Notes: generated from the letters alone by a model not told the origin. A DNA stretch of 64,000 nt from Desulfobacterales bacterium (GCA_963674755.2 CAXXVS010000003.1:2720001-2784000); one strand, 5' to 3'; numbered from the stretch's first letter, positions 20,090 through 31,483 are shown. Made by a program: numbers and translations.

Positions 20090-22609
20090 ATGCATGAGCC
20101 GGAAGAACGACAACCAGGATCCATCGATAACCTCTGTGTGAATACCCTCCGTTTTTTGGCCGTCGATATGGTGCAGCAGGCCAACTCCGGGCACCCCGGT
20201 TTGCCGATGGGGGCCGCGGCCACGGCCTACACCCTGTGGGACCGTTTTCTGCGGTTCAACCCCCGGGACCCGGCCTGGCCGGACCGGGATCGTTTCGTAT
20301 TGTCGGCGGGGCACGGGTCCGCCCTGCTGTATGCCCTGCTGCATTTGACCGGCTTCGACCTGCCGCTGGAGGAACTGCAACGCTTCCGCCAATGGGGCAG
20401 CCGCACCCCGGGGCACCCGGAGCACGGCCTGACGGCCGGCGTCGAGGCCACCACCGGTCCCCTGGGACAGGGCTTGTCCAATGCCGTGGGCATGGCGATT
20501 GCCGAAACCGCCCTGGGGGCGCGCTTCAATCGCCCCGGTCACACGGTGGTCGACCACCATACCTATGCCCTGGCCAGCGACGGCGACCTGATGGAAGGGG
20601 TGGCCTCCGAGGCGGCTTCCCTGGCCGGGCATCTGGCGCTGGGCAAGCTGATCGTTCTCTACGACGACAATCATATTTCCATCGAAGGCCAAACGACGCT
20701 GGCCTTCACCGAGGATCGCAAGGCCCGTTTCGCAGCTTATGGATGGCACGTCCAGCAGGTCGACGACGGCAATGACATGGCTGCCGTGGCGGCGGCCATC
20801 CGGACGGCCCGGGAGGAGACGGCCCGTCCTTCCTTCATCGCCATACGGACGCATATCGGCTACGGCAGCCCTCACAAACAGGATACGGCCGCAGCCCACG
20901 GCGAGCCCCTGGGGGAGGAAGAGGTGCGCCTGGCCAAAGAGAACCTGGGCTGGCCCACGGAACCGCCGTTTCTCGTCCCCCCGGAAGCCCGGGACCATTT
21001 TTGCCGGGCGCTGGACCGTGGAAAAGAGCGGCAGGCGGAATGGAACGCCCGCTTTCAGGCCTATGCCGAAGCCCACCCCGCGCTGGCCGCCGAGTTCAGC
21101 CGGGTCATCCGGGGCGCGCTGCCCGACGGCTGGGATGCCAACCTGCCCGTATTCGCTGCCGACCAGGGTGACGTGGCCACGCGGGTGGCCAACGGCAAGG
21201 CCATCAATGCCATTGCCGAACATCTTCCCGAACTGATGGGCGGGGCGGCCGACCTGGCGCCCAGCACCCACACCCTGATAACGTCCGCCGAGGGTTTCGC
21301 GCCGGAGCACCGCGAGGGACGGAACATGCATTTCGGCATCCGCGAGCACGCCATGGGCGCCATTCTCAACGGCATGGCCCTGCACGGCGGGCTGCGGCCC
21401 TACGGGGCCACCTTCCTGATCTTCAGCGATTATATGCGGCCGCCGATGCGGCTGGCGGCCATGAACGGCCTGCCGGTGATCTACGTCTTTACCCATGACA
21501 GCATTGCCCTGGGGGAGGATGGCCCCACCCACCAGCCGGTGGAACAGCTCCTGGGGCTGCGTTCCATCCACGGCCTGACCGTCCTCCGGCCGGCGGATGC
21601 CAACGAAACCGTTGCTGCCTGGCGGTGGGCCGCGGCCCACCGCACAGGACCGGTGGCTCTGATCCTGACGCGTCAGAAACTGCCGATCCTGGCCCCTGCC
21701 GGTGAGCACGACGTCGCAGCCGGTGTGCGCGCCGGCGGCTATATCCTGACGCCCGCTGCCAAGGGCGCCAAACCCGACATCATCCTGGTCGCGACGGGCT
21801 CGGAGGTCCATCTGGCCCTGGCGGCATGGCAGAAGCTGGCCGACGAAGGGGTGGCGGCGCGGGTCGTCAGCATGCCCAGCATCGAATTGTTTCAGCAGCA
21901 ACCGGCCAGCTACCGCAATCGGGTATTGCCGCCGGGGGTGCCCCTGCTGGCCGTGGAGGCCGGTCTGCCCCTGGGCTGGCAGCCCTATTTGGGGCCCTGC
22001 AGCCGGGCGATCGGGGTCAAACGTTTCGGCGCCTCGGCTCCGGGGGCGGAGGTGATGCAGGCCTATGGCCTTACGGTGGACCATGTCTGCCAACAGGCCC
22101 GGGCCCTGCGGCAAAGCCCGGCCGATCTGGGCAATCATTTGCTGGTGGCCATGAACGACGATCAGGACAGTCTGGACCTGGTGCGCCGTGTGGCCCAATG
22201 CCTGCCGGACCCGGCGGAAACGGAGATCACCCTGATCCATTACCTGGCGCCTATGGTTTGGGCCACCGGTGTCGGTGATATCAACGACGCACTGTTGGCC
22301 TATGATTGGGACGAGATCGCCAAGCTGGAAAAGATGGAAGCCGACATCACCGAAGAGATCTTTGCCCAGGCCCGGGAAGTCCTCCAGGAAGCGGGAGTTG
22401 CCACGGTTCACATTCACGCCAAAACCACGCCGGTTCCCTATCCCAGCGTGACACGAGAGGTTTTGGAAGCGTTGGAAGAGGGGCTTTATTCGGCGGTGGT
22501 GGTGGGACGCCACCATCATAACGCCCTGACCCGGCTGTTGCGCCGCGATCCGGGTGCCGCTATAAGCAAGCGGGCCCGGGGGGTGACCGTTTGGGTTGTC
22601 GAACAATAG
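20090..22609 (+). CDS. tkt: Transketolase with a C-terminal universal stress protein (USP) domain
   Basis: [27 protein letters not shown]; ~160 extra C-terminal residues (NHLLVAMND...VVVGR...VTVWVVE). Confidence 0.92.
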   Translation: MHEPEERQPGSIDNLCVNTLRFLAVDMVQQANSGHPGLPMGAAATAYTLWDRFLRFNPRDPAWPDRDRFVLSAGHGSALLYALLHLTGFDLPLEELQRFRQWGSRTPGHPEHGLTAGVEATTGPLGQGLSNAVGMAIAETALGARFNRPGHTVVDHHTYALASDGDLMEGVASEAASLAGHLALGKLIVLYDDNHISIEGQTTLAFTEDRKARFAAYGWHVQQVDDGNDMAAVAAAIRTAREETARPSFIAIRTHIGYGSPHKQDTAAAHGEPLGEEEVRLAKENLGWPTEPPFLVPPEARDHFCRALDRGKERQAEWNARFQAYAEAHPALAAEFSRVIRGALPDGWDANLPVFAADQGDVATRVANGKAINAIAEHLPELMGGAADLAPSTHTLITSAEGFAPEHREGRNMHFGIREHAMGAILNGMALHGGLRPYGATFLIFSDYMRPPMRLAAMNGLPVIYVFTHDSIALGEDGPTHQPVEQLLGLRSIHGLTVLRPADANETVAAWRWAAAHRTGPVALILTRQKLPILAPAGEHDVAAGVRAGGYILTPAAKGAKPDIILVATGSEVHLALAAWQKLADEGVAARVVSMPSIELFQQQPASYRNRVLPPGVPLLAVEAGLPLGWQPYLGPCSRAIGVKRFGASAPGAEVMQAYGLTVDHVCQQARALRQSPADLGNHLLVAMNDDQDSLDLVRRVAQCLPDPAETEITLIHYLAPMVWATGVGDINDALLAYDWDEIAKLEKMEADITEEIFAQAREVLQEAGVATVHIHAKTTPVPYPSVTREVLEALEEGLYSAVVVGRHHHNALTRLLRRDPGAAISKRARGVTVWVVEQ

Positions 22610-22725
22610 CCTCACCTGCGCCCTATAGGGCGGGGGAAGAAGACCGTTGTGAATTCATGGGACGACCGGCCGGCACCCTTCGCGGCCCGGGACCGTTCCG
22701 TCAACGCTTAAAGGGAGAACCATCA

Positions 22726-24372
22726 ATGGAGACCATACGACCCGCACTTACCCGTACCAAAGCCTGGCAGGCGCTGCAGGCCCACGGCCGGGACATCCAG
22801 GCGCTTCACCTGCGGGAGTTGTTCCGGGGCGATCCCGGACGGGCAGCGCGGTTTACGGTGGCGGCGGCGGGGTTTTATCTGGATTATGCCAAGCAGCGCG
22901 TCACGGAAGAGACCCTGGGGCTGCTCGTGGATCTGGCCGTTGAGTGCGGCCTGCCGGAACGGCGGGCCGCCATGTTCGAGGGGGAGAAGATCAATGCCAC
23001 CGAAAAGCGGGCGGTGCTGCACACCGCCCTGCGGGCCCGGCGGGATGCCCGCATCGTCGTGGACGGCCGGGATGTCGTGCCTGACGTGCACGCCGTTCTG
23101 GACAAGATGGCGGATTTCGCCGAGCGTGTCCGCAGCGGGGCCTGGCAGGGCTACACCGGCCGACCCATCAAAAATGTCATCAATATCGGTATCGGCGGTT
23201 CGGACCTGGGACCGGTCATGGCCTACGAAGCCCTGCGATTCTATGCCCGCCGCGACATGACCTTCCGTTTCGTTTCCAATGTGGACGGGACTGATTTCGC
23301 CGAGGCCACCCATGGCCTGGAGGCCGCCGAGACCCTATTCATCGTTTCTTCCAAGACTTTCACCACCCTGGAGACGATGACCAACGCCCACACGGCCCGG
23401 GCCTGGCTCCTGGAACGCCTGGGGGACGAGGCGGCCGTGGCCCGCCACTTCGTCGCCGTGTCCACCAACCAGGAGGCGGTGGCGAAATTCGGCATCGACA
23501 CCGCCAATATGTTCGGATTCTGGGATTGGGTCGGTGGGCGCTACTCCATGGATTCGGCCATCGGCCTGTCCACCATGATCGCCGTGGGTCCGGAGGCCTT
23601 CGGGGCCATGCTGTCCGGCTTCCGTGGCATGGACGAGCATTTCCGCAACGCCCCGCTGGATCGCAACCTGCCGGTCCTGATGGGGCTCCTGGCGGTCTGG
23701 AACACCAATTTCCTGGGCGCCCGGACCATCGCCGTGCTGCCCTACGACCAATACCTGCACCGTTTTCCGGCCTATCTCCAGCAATTGACCATGGAGAGCA
23801 ACGGCAAGCACGTCACCCTGGACGGCAGCCGGGTGGACTACAGCACCGGCCCGGTCTACTGGGGCGAGCCGGGCACCAACGGGCAGCATTCCTTCTACCA
23901 GCTCATTCACCAGGGGACCGACCTCATCCCCTGTGATTTTATCGCCTTCCGCCAACCGCTGAACCCCCTGGGCAAGCATCACGACCTGCTGATCGCCAAT
24001 GTCATCGCCCAGGGCGAGGCCCTGGCTTTCGGCAAAACCACCGAAGAAGTCCGGGCCGAAGGCATTCCGGACGAGTTGGCCGTCCATCGCACTTTCGAGG
24101 GCAACCGGCCCTCCACGACCCTTTTTACGGAGAAGCTCACCCCGGAAACGCTTGGTGCACTGGTGGCGCTCTATGAACACAGCGTTTTTACCCAGGGCGT
24201 CGTCTGGGGGATCGATTCCTTCGACCAGTGGGGGGTGGAGCTGGGCAAAGTGCTGGCCACGCGTATCGTGCAGGAGATCGACGGATCGGATTCCGGCGTC
24301 CGTCACGACAGTTCCACCGAAGCCCTTATCCGCTACTACCGGACCGGTGCCCCGCCGAAGTCCGGTCAATGA
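22726..24372 (+). CDS. pgi: Glucose-6-phosphate isomerase
   Basis: [40 protein letters not shown]. Confidence 0.97.
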   Translation: METIRPALTRTKAWQALQAHGRDIQALHLRELFRGDPGRAARFTVAAAGFYLDYAKQRVTEETLGLLVDLAVECGLPERRAAMFEGEKINATEKRAVLHTALRARRDARIVVDGRDVVPDVHAVLDKMADFAERVRSGAWQGYTGRPIKNVINIGIGGSDLGPVMAYEALRFYARRDMTFRFVSNVDGTDFAEATHGLEAAETLFIVSSKTFTTLETMTNAHTARAWLLERLGDEAAVARHFVAVSTNQEAVAKFGIDTANMFGFWDWVGGRYSMDSAIGLSTMIAVGPEAFGAMLSGFRGMDEHFRNAPLDRNLPVLMGLLAVWNTNFLGARTIAVLPYDQYLHRFPAYLQQLTMESNGKHVTLDGSRVDYSTGPVYWGEPGTNGQHSFYQLIHQGTDLIPCDFIAFRQPLNPLGKHHDLLIANVIAQGEALAFGKTTEEVRAEGIPDELAVHRTFEGNRPSTTLFTEKLTPETLGALVALYEHSVFTQGVVWGIDSFDQWGVELGKVLATRIVQEIDGSDSGVRHDSSTEALIRYYRTGAPPKSGQ

Positions 24373-24492
24373 ACACAGTGGGCCGGCCGGCCGCCGAGAC
24401 GTTCCGGATCGAAGATCCCGGGGACGGGGCGGCGGTTTGGATGACAGGGCAGGAAACGCCAGCGTATCGGCTTTCAAAAGTTGGAGACCGTG

Positions 24493-27024
24493 ATGGCTCA
24501 AAAGGGAAAAGCGATCAACGCGCCGGTTCTCAGCGCTGAACTCGACGCGTTGATGGAGATTGCCTGTGACTTGCGCTGGTCCTGGGACCACCGCGCCGAT
24601 GATATCTGGCATGCCCTGGATGCGGATCTATGGGATTCCACCCGGAATCCCAAGCTGATCCTGCAGTCCGTCGCAACCGAGAAAGTGGCCCGCCTGGCCA
24701 ATGATGCCGCCTTCCGGGAACGGGTGCAGAAGCTGACCCGCGCGCTGCGGGCCGAGCGCAAGGCCTCCCTCTGGTTTCAGCAAAGGCACTCGGACGCGCC
24801 CCTGACAGCCATTGCCTACTTCAGCATGGAATTCATGCTGGGCGAAGCCCTGCCCATTTATTCGGGCGGCCTGGGCAACGTGGCCGGGGACCAGCTCAAG
24901 GCCGCCAGTGATCTGGGGGTCCCCGTCGTGGGGGTGGGCCTGCTGTACCAGCAGGGCTATTTTCGCCAGATGATCACCGCGGACGGCGTCCAGGAAGCGC
25001 TCTATCCCATCAACGATCCGGGACAGCTGCCGATCACTCCGGCGCGGGACGGGGAGGGACGATGGGTGCGCTTCCAGGTGCCGTTTCCCCACTATCCGAT
25101 CTGGGTGCGGGCCTGGCAGGCCCAGGTGGGGCGCCTGCAGCTTTACCTGCTGGACAGCAACGATCTCGCCAACCCGCCCCTGGAAAGCGGCCTCACGGCC
25201 CAGCTCTACGGGGGCGGAACGGAAACCCGCATCGCCCAGGAATTCATCCTGGGCATCGGCGGCTGGCGGCTGTTGCAGCTGCTGGGATTGCAGCCCGAGG
25301 TGTGCCACCTGAACGAGGGCCACGCGGCCTTCGTGATCCTGGAAAGGGCCGCCGCCTTCATGGAAGCCGTCGGCGGCAACTTCCCGGTGGCCCTGCAGGC
25401 CACCCGCGCCGGCAATCTGTTCACCACCCACACACCCGTCGCCGCAGGGTTCGACTGTTTTGCACGGGATCTCATGCAGCGTTATTTCGATGGATACAGC
25501 CGGGATCGTCTCGGTATCCCCCTATCCGATTTGATGGCCCTGGGCCGGCAAAACCCGGCCGATGAGAACGAACCCTTCAACATGGCCTATCTGGCGGTGC
25601 GCGGCAGCGGCGCCGTGAACGGCGTCAGCCGCCTGCACGGCGAGGTCAGCCGGGCGATTTTCGAAAGACTGTTTCCGCGCTGGCCGCGCCACGAAGTCCC
25701 GGTGGGGCATGTGACCAACGGCATTCATGTGGGCACCTGGGATTCCGAGGCCTCCGACGACCTCTGGACGCGCTATGGGGGCCGCACGCGCTGGCTGGGC
25801 GAGACCGATACGCTGGCGGAAGCGATCAGACAGGTGCCGGCCAAGGCCTTGTGGAAAATGCGCAGGGACTCCCGCCATGCCCTGGTGGCCTTTGTGCGGG
25901 CCCGTTATGCGCGCCAGGTCGCCATATGGGGCGCCAGCGCCGAAGCGGTGCAGCAGGCCCGGCAGGTGCTGGACCCCGACGCATTGACCCTGGGCTTTGC
26001 CCGGCGCTTTGCGACCTACAAGCGGCCGACGCTGTTGCTAAGGGATCCGGCGCGCCTGCTGCGCCTGGTGACCGATCCCGAGCGTCCCGTGCAGCTCATC
26101 GTGGCCGGCAAGGCCCATCCGGCCGACCAAGCCGGTCAGGACATGATCCGGCAGTGGATCGACTTCGCCCGCCGTCCGGAGGTTGGCAACCGTGTGATTT
26201 TCCTGAGCGACTACGACATGCTGCTGACCGAACAGCTCGTGTGCGGGGTGGATGTCTGGGTCAATACGCCGCGCCGGCCGTGGGAGGCCTGCGGTACCAG
26301 CGGGATGAAGGTTCTGGCCAATGGCGGCCTCAATCTGTCGGAGCGCGACGGCTGGTGGGCCGAAGCCTATACGCCCCGGGTCGGCTGGGCGATCGGCGAG
26401 GGAAGCGGGCCGGGCGGCGACGGCGCCCGGGATGCGGCCGACGCCGAAACCCTCTACACCCTGCTGGAGCAGGAAGTCGTGCCGCAGTTCTACCAGCGCG
26501 ATGCCGCAGGGATTCCGACCCGGTGGCTGGAGAAGGTGCGGGAAAGCATGGTAACCCTCACGGCCCGCTTTTCGAGCAACCGCGCCGTGCGCGAATATAC
26601 GGAGAGCTACTACCTGCCCGCTGCCGAAGCCTACCGGCGGCGCAGCGCGGACAAGGGCCGTCTGAGCCGCCAGCTCGTGGACTGGCAGACCGCCCTCCGC
26701 CGGCACTGGTCCGAATTGCGATTCGGCGAGGTCCAGGTCCTCAGCCGCGGGGGCTTCCATGCCTTCCGGGTGCCGGTCTTTCTGGGCGGGCTGGCGCCGG
26801 CGGCCGTTGCCGTGCAATTGTACGCCGAACCCCAGGCCGCCGGTGCGCCGTCGATCTGGCCGATGCGCTGCGAGAAGGCCCCATCCGATGGAAAGGAGGG
26901 GCTGCTTTACCAGGCTCGGGTCCCCGACCAACGTCCGGCATCCGACTATACCGCCCGGATCGTCCCGGCCCATCCGGCGGCCGTCCTGCCGCTGGAAACG
27001 GAATTGATCTTCTGGCAGCACTGA
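24493..27024 (+). CDS. glgP: Alpha-glucan (glycogen) phosphorylase
   Basis: YFSMEF, YSGGLG, HLNEGH, ARRFATYKR, EACGTSGMK PLP site. Confidence 0.95.
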   Translation: MAQKGKAINAPVLSAELDALMEIACDLRWSWDHRADDIWHALDADLWDSTRNPKLILQSVATEKVARLANDAAFRERVQKLTRALRAERKASLWFQQRHSDAPLTAIAYFSMEFMLGEALPIYSGGLGNVAGDQLKAASDLGVPVVGVGLLYQQGYFRQMITADGVQEALYPINDPGQLPITPARDGEGRWVRFQVPFPHYPIWVRAWQAQVGRLQLYLLDSNDLANPPLESGLTAQLYGGGTETRIAQEFILGIGGWRLLQLLGLQPEVCHLNEGHAAFVILERAAAFMEAVGGNFPVALQATRAGNLFTTHTPVAAGFDCFARDLMQRYFDGYSRDRLGIPLSDLMALGRQNPADENEPFNMAYLAVRGSGAVNGVSRLHGEVSRAIFERLFPRWPRHEVPVGHVTNGIHVGTWDSEASDDLWTRYGGRTRWLGETDTLAEAIRQVPAKALWKMRRDSRHALVAFVRARYARQVAIWGASAEAVQQARQVLDPDALTLGFARRFATYKRPTLLLRDPARLLRLVTDPERPVQLIVAGKAHPADQAGQDMIRQWIDFARRPEVGNRVIFLSDYDMLLTEQLVCGVDVWVNTPRRPWEACGTSGMKVLANGGLNLSERDGWWAEAYTPRVGWAIGEGSGPGGDGARDAADAETLYTLLEQEVVPQFYQRDAAGIPTRWLEKVRESMVTLTARFSSNRAVREYTESYYLPAAEAYRRRSADKGRLSRQLVDWQTALRRHWSELRFGEVQVLSRGGFHAFRVPVFLGGLAPAAVAVQLYAEPQAAGAPSIWPMRCEKAPSDGKEGLLYQARVPDQRPASDYTARIVPAHPAAVLPLETELIFWQH

Positions 27025-27173
27025 CGGCGGCGGCGCCCGATTCTAAGGGGCCATCATGATTCCATAGGATGCGGTGGCCTAAGCATTTGGGCTTCGTCCG
27101 CATCGGCAGGTTAATCCCACCGATCCGCTTATCTTGGGTGCGTTGGGGCAGGCCGGTTGTATCGGGTATACGC

Positions 27174-27485
27174 CTACTTTTTTACGAAATCGATGACGTC
27201 GAACGTCCGGCGGATTATCTCGCCCTTAAACCGGAGGGAGCGCTTGGAATCCTCGGCCGCGGCCGCGCGCTCCGGGGAGCCGAGGGCGGCCTCCATTTCC
27301 GTGCGGTTGTCAAAATACAGCTCGGTAATCTGGTAAAGGCCTTCCTCGGGCTGCCCCTTGCTGATCACAATGCGTTTGATCCCGGGGAAGCGCGTGACCA
27401 TGGGGAGGTGATGGTCCCAGTAGTGTTTATCGAAGGCGGCGGAATCTTCGGGGTTACCGTAGTAGAAAACACAGAACTTGACCAT
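27174..27485 (-). CDS. EthD family protein
   Basis: FDKHYWDHHLPM, ELYFD...AALGSPE; AGGAGG RBS. Confidence 0.8.
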   Translation of the reverse strand: MVKFCVFYYGNPEDSAAFDKHYWDHHLPMVTRFPGIKRIVISKGQPEEGLYQITELYFDNRTEMEAALGSPERAAAAEDSKRSLRFKGEIIRRTFDVIDFVKK

Positions 27486-27607
27486 TTGGCTCCTCCTCAT
27501 TCAGAGATGGCGGCACGGGCGTCGCGCTTGGGATGTCGACCGTCCGGTGCGCCTCACCCAGATCCGGACGCGTAAATTTTTCCGTTTCCGGATTTTCGAT
27601 CATGCAA

Positions 27608-28600
27608 TCAATTGTTGGCTTTGCCCGCTTTTATTCGTTCTTCCGACCGATCGGTTGCCGATGGAGGGGTAGGTGACATCTCCGCTATGGCATCATAAAG
27701 CTGATCGGTCAGGTCGATGTCTACGGACCGTAGGGAATCTTCGAGTTGCGCGACACTGCGGGCCCCGATAATCGGTGCGGTGACGGCGTCGTTTCGGCCG
27801 ACCCAGGCGACGGCCAGGCTGACAGGGTGATACCCGGCTTTCACGGCGAACGCGCAAAACTGCCTTGCGGTGTCAAACATCCAGCGATCATGGTAGCGCT
27901 TTTGATACTTGCCGCTGGTGGTCAGTCGGCCGTTGCCCGTCGTATGGTCCGTGCCGTATTTTCCAGCCAACAGTCCGGCGCCAAGGGGATTATAGGTTAT
28001 GGCACCGATGTTTTCCGACTTCGCCATCGGCAAAATCTCAACTTCGGCCTGGCGCTTGACCAGGTTGTACATGGGCTGGATGCAGTCCACCGGGACCCAG
28101 TCGTGCAGGGTGCTTATTCCGCGGGCTTTCATGACTTGCCAAGCGGAGAAGTTGCTGACGCCGATGTAGCGTACCTTGCCCTGTCCAACCATATCATTCA
28201 GCGCGCGAAGAGAAACCTCCAACGGTGTAAATGGATCGAATTTGTGCAGAAAATAAATATCGATATAATCGGTTCCGAGCCGCTTTAGGCTGGCCTCAAG
28301 GGATGCCATAATGTTGCGCCGGGAGCCACCCTGCGCATTCATCTCGGACCCGAATGGTGACCCGCATTTCGAAGTGACGATGAGGTGCTGCCGATGGCCC
28401 GCTATCAGTTTCCCCAAAATCGTTTCGGCGATTCCGTCTCCGTAGACATTGGCGCAATCAAAAAAATTGATGCCGCTGTCCAGACAGCGCCTGAAAATCG
28501 CTTCCGATGCAGCTTCGTCGGCTTCATTGCCAAACGTCATCGTCCCCATACAAAGTTGCGAAACCCGAAGGCCTGTGTTGCCCAAAAATCTATAATTCAT
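27608..28600 (-). CDS. Aldo/keto reductase
   Basis: LGNTGLRVSQLCMGTMTFG, FFDCANVY, RLGTDYID, YIGVSN. Confidence 0.92.
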   Translation of the reverse strand: MNYRFLGNTGLRVSQLCMGTMTFGNEADEAASEAIFRRCLDSGINFFDCANVYGDGIAETILGKLIAGHRQHLIVTSKCGSPFGSEMNAQGGSRRNIMASLEASLKRLGTDYIDIYFLHKFDPFTPLEVSLRALNDMVGQGKVRYIGVSNFSAWQVMKARGISTLHDWVPVDCIQPMYNLVKRQAEVEILPMAKSENIGAITYNPLGAGLLAGKYGTDHTTGNGRLTTSGKYQKRYHDRWMFDTARQFCAFAVKAGYHPVSLAVAWVGRNDAVTAPIIGARSVAQLEDSLRSVDIDLTDQLYDAIAEMSPTPPSATDRSEERIKAGKANN

Positions 28601-28802
28601 GGTGTCCGCCTTTGCCATCGAATCGGCCGTATTCCCGAAAGGCCGCCTGTGCCAACCGCATGGCTTGTTCGACCTCTGTGACCGTTGCCGCGGCAAACGT
28701 TTCCGGAAGGGCACGGCCGGCCGCCGGATTGACCGCCTGCAGTCGATCCCTGCCTTGGGCGGATCGGGCAACCCCAATGACGTTTTCTCCTGTAATCGGC
28801 AA
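28590..28802 (-). pseudogene. N-terminal fragment of an NADP+ aldehyde dehydrogenase (KGSADH-like)
   Basis: AAGGAG RBS then TTG start: LPITGENVIG...QAVNPAAG...EVEQAMRLAQAAFREY; stops after ~70 codons at the AKR start. Confidence 0.7.
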
Positions 28803-28899
28803 TTCCCTCTCCTTGTGGTTTCCTCTCGCGGGATGGAACGACAAGCTTTGTGCGGCAGGCAGCGTCTACCAAGCGCCGCTCATGCCTGTTCGGCAATCT

Positions 28900-30078
28900 T
28901 CACAACAGCCCCCGCGAGGCCAGGTTGCGCATCAGCTGAATGACCCCAAAACGCCAGGGGGGGATTTCGTGGCATAACCCCACCCGGTTGATCAACGCGC
29001 CCAGCCGGGGACTCGCAATTTGGACCACGTCCCCTGTTTTGTGGGTAAACCCTTCACCGGCCCGGCCGCGGTCTTGGGTGGGCGAGAACAAGGTGCCTGT
29101 GTAGAGCATCAAACCGTCGGGGTATTGGTGGTGTCTGTCAATGGTCTGGCAAACCAACGCTTCAATATCACGGCTTATTTGGGCCATATTGCTCCGGTCC
29201 TGTAAAACGAATCCGTCGCTGCCGCGTACTTCGACGGTCACCGTGGCCCGCCGTAGGTCGTCGATCGTAAAATGCTCATCAAAAAGCCTGATAAAGGGCC
29301 CTATAACGCTGGACCCGTTGTTGTCCTTGGCTTTGCCCAGAAGCAGGGCGCTGCGCCCTTCAAAATCGCGCAGGTTGACGTCGTTGCCCAAAGCGGCACC
29401 GACGATGGCCCCCCGATCCGTCACGGCCAGCACCACCTCGGGCTCCGGATTGGTCCAGTGTGAGTCGTCGCGTATGCCGAGGGTTTCACCGGTTCCGAGG
29501 CTGGCCATGGGCGGCGCTTTGCTGAACACTTCGGCATCCGGGCCGATGCCTACCTCCAGATATTGGGACCACAGCCCCTTTTTGACGAGGACCGCCTTGA
29601 TGGCCGTTGCCGCCGCGCTACCCGGTTTTATCGCGGCAAGGTCGAATTGCAGCTCTTGGCTCAGTTCCTCGCGGAACGTCTTGGCGGCCTGGGGGTCACC
29701 CTTGGCCTGTTCTTCCACCAGCCGCTCGATCATGGAGCTTGCAAAGGTGACGCCGCAGGCCTTCACGGTTTGCAGGTCGCAAGGGGCCAGAAAATACGGG
29801 CGGGATAGATCGCGCACCGCGGGGTCGCTGTTGGCCAGAATATCCTGAACGTCACCGAGTTCTTCACGTTGATACCCCGCCAAGCGGGCGGTCAGGTCGG
29901 GGAGGTTGCAGAGCTCGGCCATGATCGGACAGGACCGGCTGATATCGTAAACATGACCCTCCCCGATGATCACCACACTGGGGCCGGCCACCGGACCTGG
30001 CCGCCAAACGCGGCCCAGGAGCAGGGCCTGTTCCCAATCTTCGGGAAGACAGGCCCGCATGTCGATTTGAGACCTCAT
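28900..30078 (-). CDS. Fumarylacetoacetate hydrolase family protein (XylX / 2-keto-3-deoxy-pentonate dehydratase-like)
   Basis: APCDLQTVKACGVTF, WSQYLEVGIGPDAEVF, NPEPE, GNDVNLRDFEGRSALLLGKAKDNN. Confidence 0.88.
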   Translation of the reverse strand: MRSQIDMRACLPEDWEQALLLGRVWRPGPVAGPSVVIIGEGHVYDISRSCPIMAELCNLPDLTARLAGYQREELGDVQDILANSDPAVRDLSRPYFLAPCDLQTVKACGVTFASSMIERLVEEQAKGDPQAAKTFREELSQELQFDLAAIKPGSAAATAIKAVLVKKGLWSQYLEVGIGPDAEVFSKAPPMASLGTGETLGIRDDSHWTNPEPEVVLAVTDRGAIVGAALGNDVNLRDFEGRSALLLGKAKDNNGSSVIGPFIRLFDEHFTIDDLRRATVTVEVRGSDGFVLQDRSNMAQISRDIEALVCQTIDRHHQYPDGLMLYTGTLFSPTQDRGRAGEGFTHKTGDVVQIASPRLGALINRVGLCHEIPPWRFGVIQLMRNLASRGLL

Positions 30079-30126
30079 TTTACCCCTCGATTTGAATTCA
30101 CAGGTTGAGCACCGGCCTCACAGGTG

Positions 30127-30756
30127 TCAGACTTTTTCCATCATGGCTTCGATTCGCTTTTGGGCGCGGTCGGTGTTGAAGATGCCGCATTGGCAGGGCC
30201 GGAACAGGCGCTCGCTGGCTTCCGCCAGGGACATGGCGCCCCGTTTCACCTGATCCAAGGTATCGAGTATCAGATCGACGGATACCATCCCATGGCCGCA
30301 CATGGACTGGATTTCCATCACTTCCGTGGCGGGAAGTTTGTGGGTGGCCCCCCAACGTCCTAAAGAGGTATTCACCGTATGGACTTTTTGGCCGGCGGCA
30401 TGGCAGCATTCCTTTACGCGATCAAACAGACCGCTGACCACGATGGACATGCCGAAGTCGCCGGCCTTGATGGCTTTCAGCGCATTCACCAACTTGTCTT
30501 GGTCGTTGAAGACCGCCGTCACCACGGCGCGGTCCTCAATGTTCCGGATCATGGTCTCCAGTCCGCCCTGATGGTATTCATTGCCCAGGCGGGCGTCGCC
30601 TGCTTTTACAGCACCCTCTTTCAGGCAGATGCGGATGATCTCCTGCAGTTTGGGACCGCTGCCTTCATGGTTGATATCTTTACTGGGCATGGCCAGTACA
30701 ACGAAATCTTCGCGCAGGTTTTCGTCGCTGCCCACCCGATGCAGAGTATGAGTCAT
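30127..30756 (-). CDS. Uncharacterised Cys/His-motif protein, partner of the 4Fe-4S protein (copy 1)
   Basis: MTHTLHR start, MCGHG, CQCGIFN motifs; paralog at 47815-48447. Confidence 0.85.
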   Translation of the reverse strand: MTHTLHRVGSDENLREDFVVLAMPSKDINHEGSGPKLQEIIRICLKEGAVKAGDARLGNEYHQGGLETMIRNIEDRAVVTAVFNDQDKLVNALKAIKAGDFGMSIVVSGLFDRVKECCHAAGQKVHTVNTSLGRWGATHKLPATEVMEIQSMCGHGMVSVDLILDTLDQVKRGAMSLAEASERLFRPCQCGIFNTDRAQKRIEAMMEKV

Positions 30757-30760
30757 TGTT

Positions 30761-31483
30761 TTAAGCCTCCTTGGCCAGGGGACGTCCCAGGCCGATATTG
30801 GTCTTGCCGTTGGGCGCATACCACACACCGGCTTTGTCCAGATATTGATACGACGCTATATTTTCGTTTTCATCGGCCTTGCAGGCCACGCAAACCGTAA
30901 AGACGCTGTCTACCTTTCCGGCGACATCCTTCAGGGCATCAAGCACATCGGGCAGGGCTTCCTGGGGAACGCAGAACTCCAGGATCGCCGAGAGCACCTT
31001 CTCGTTCAGCAGTTCGTCCTTGAACTTGCCGGTGGCCGGATCGGACATCAGCGACGTCGTGGGGTTACAGACCTCGAATTGAACGCCGAAGGCCGCCATG
31101 GCCTGGGCGATCTTTTCGACATCCACAAACCGCGTCCCGGTTACCGGTCGACCAACCTCGATACCGATTCCGACCTGACCTTCCCTGAAGCGTGCGGTTA
31201 CCTCGTTGGTCTTCATCTCCTCGGTGCCGCGACCGCTGATACCGGATTCGGTGGCAATGGTCAATGGATCGCTGAGAATGCTGCGCACGGTGCGGGGGTA
31301 CACCATTTCCTGCTGGTATAGGGCATCCACCGGGCAATCCGCGCAGCGTAAACAACATCCGCATTCGGCACATTCATCCAGGTCGATCACCGCCGTATCA
31401 TCCAGTGATATCGCCCCCACCGGACAATAGGGCACGCACTGGCCGCATCCGACGCATAACTCCTGATCAATCTGCATTGTCAT
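30761..31483 (-). CDS. 2x[4Fe-4S] ferredoxin-domain protein with uncharacterised C-terminal domain (copy 1)
   Basis: CVGCGQCVPYCP and CAECGCC...CP; GRGTEEMKTNEVT; paralog at 47057-47818. Confidence 0.88.
   Translation of the reverse strand: MTMQIDQELCVGCGQCVPYCPVGAISLDDTAVIDLDECAECGCCLRCADCPVDALYQQEMVYPRTVRSILSDPLTIATESGISGRGTEEMKTNEVTARFREGQVGIGIEVGRPVTGTRFVDVEKIAQAMAAFGVQFEVCNPTTSLMSDPATGKFKDELLNEKVLSAILEFCVPQEALPDVLDALKDVAGKVDSVFTVCVACKADENENIASYQYLDKAGVWYAPNGKTNIGLGRPLAKEA

Noticed and set aside
19865..22615. 916 aa antisense ORF, and similar long shadows at 15822-17966, 58320-60323, 1376-2665 and 12441-14171
   Set aside because: Antisense or off-frame shadows of well-supported genes, expected at high GC; no motifs
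27069..27575. 168 aa plus-strand ORF
   Set aside because: Antisense to the EthD gene, which has family motifs and a strong RBS
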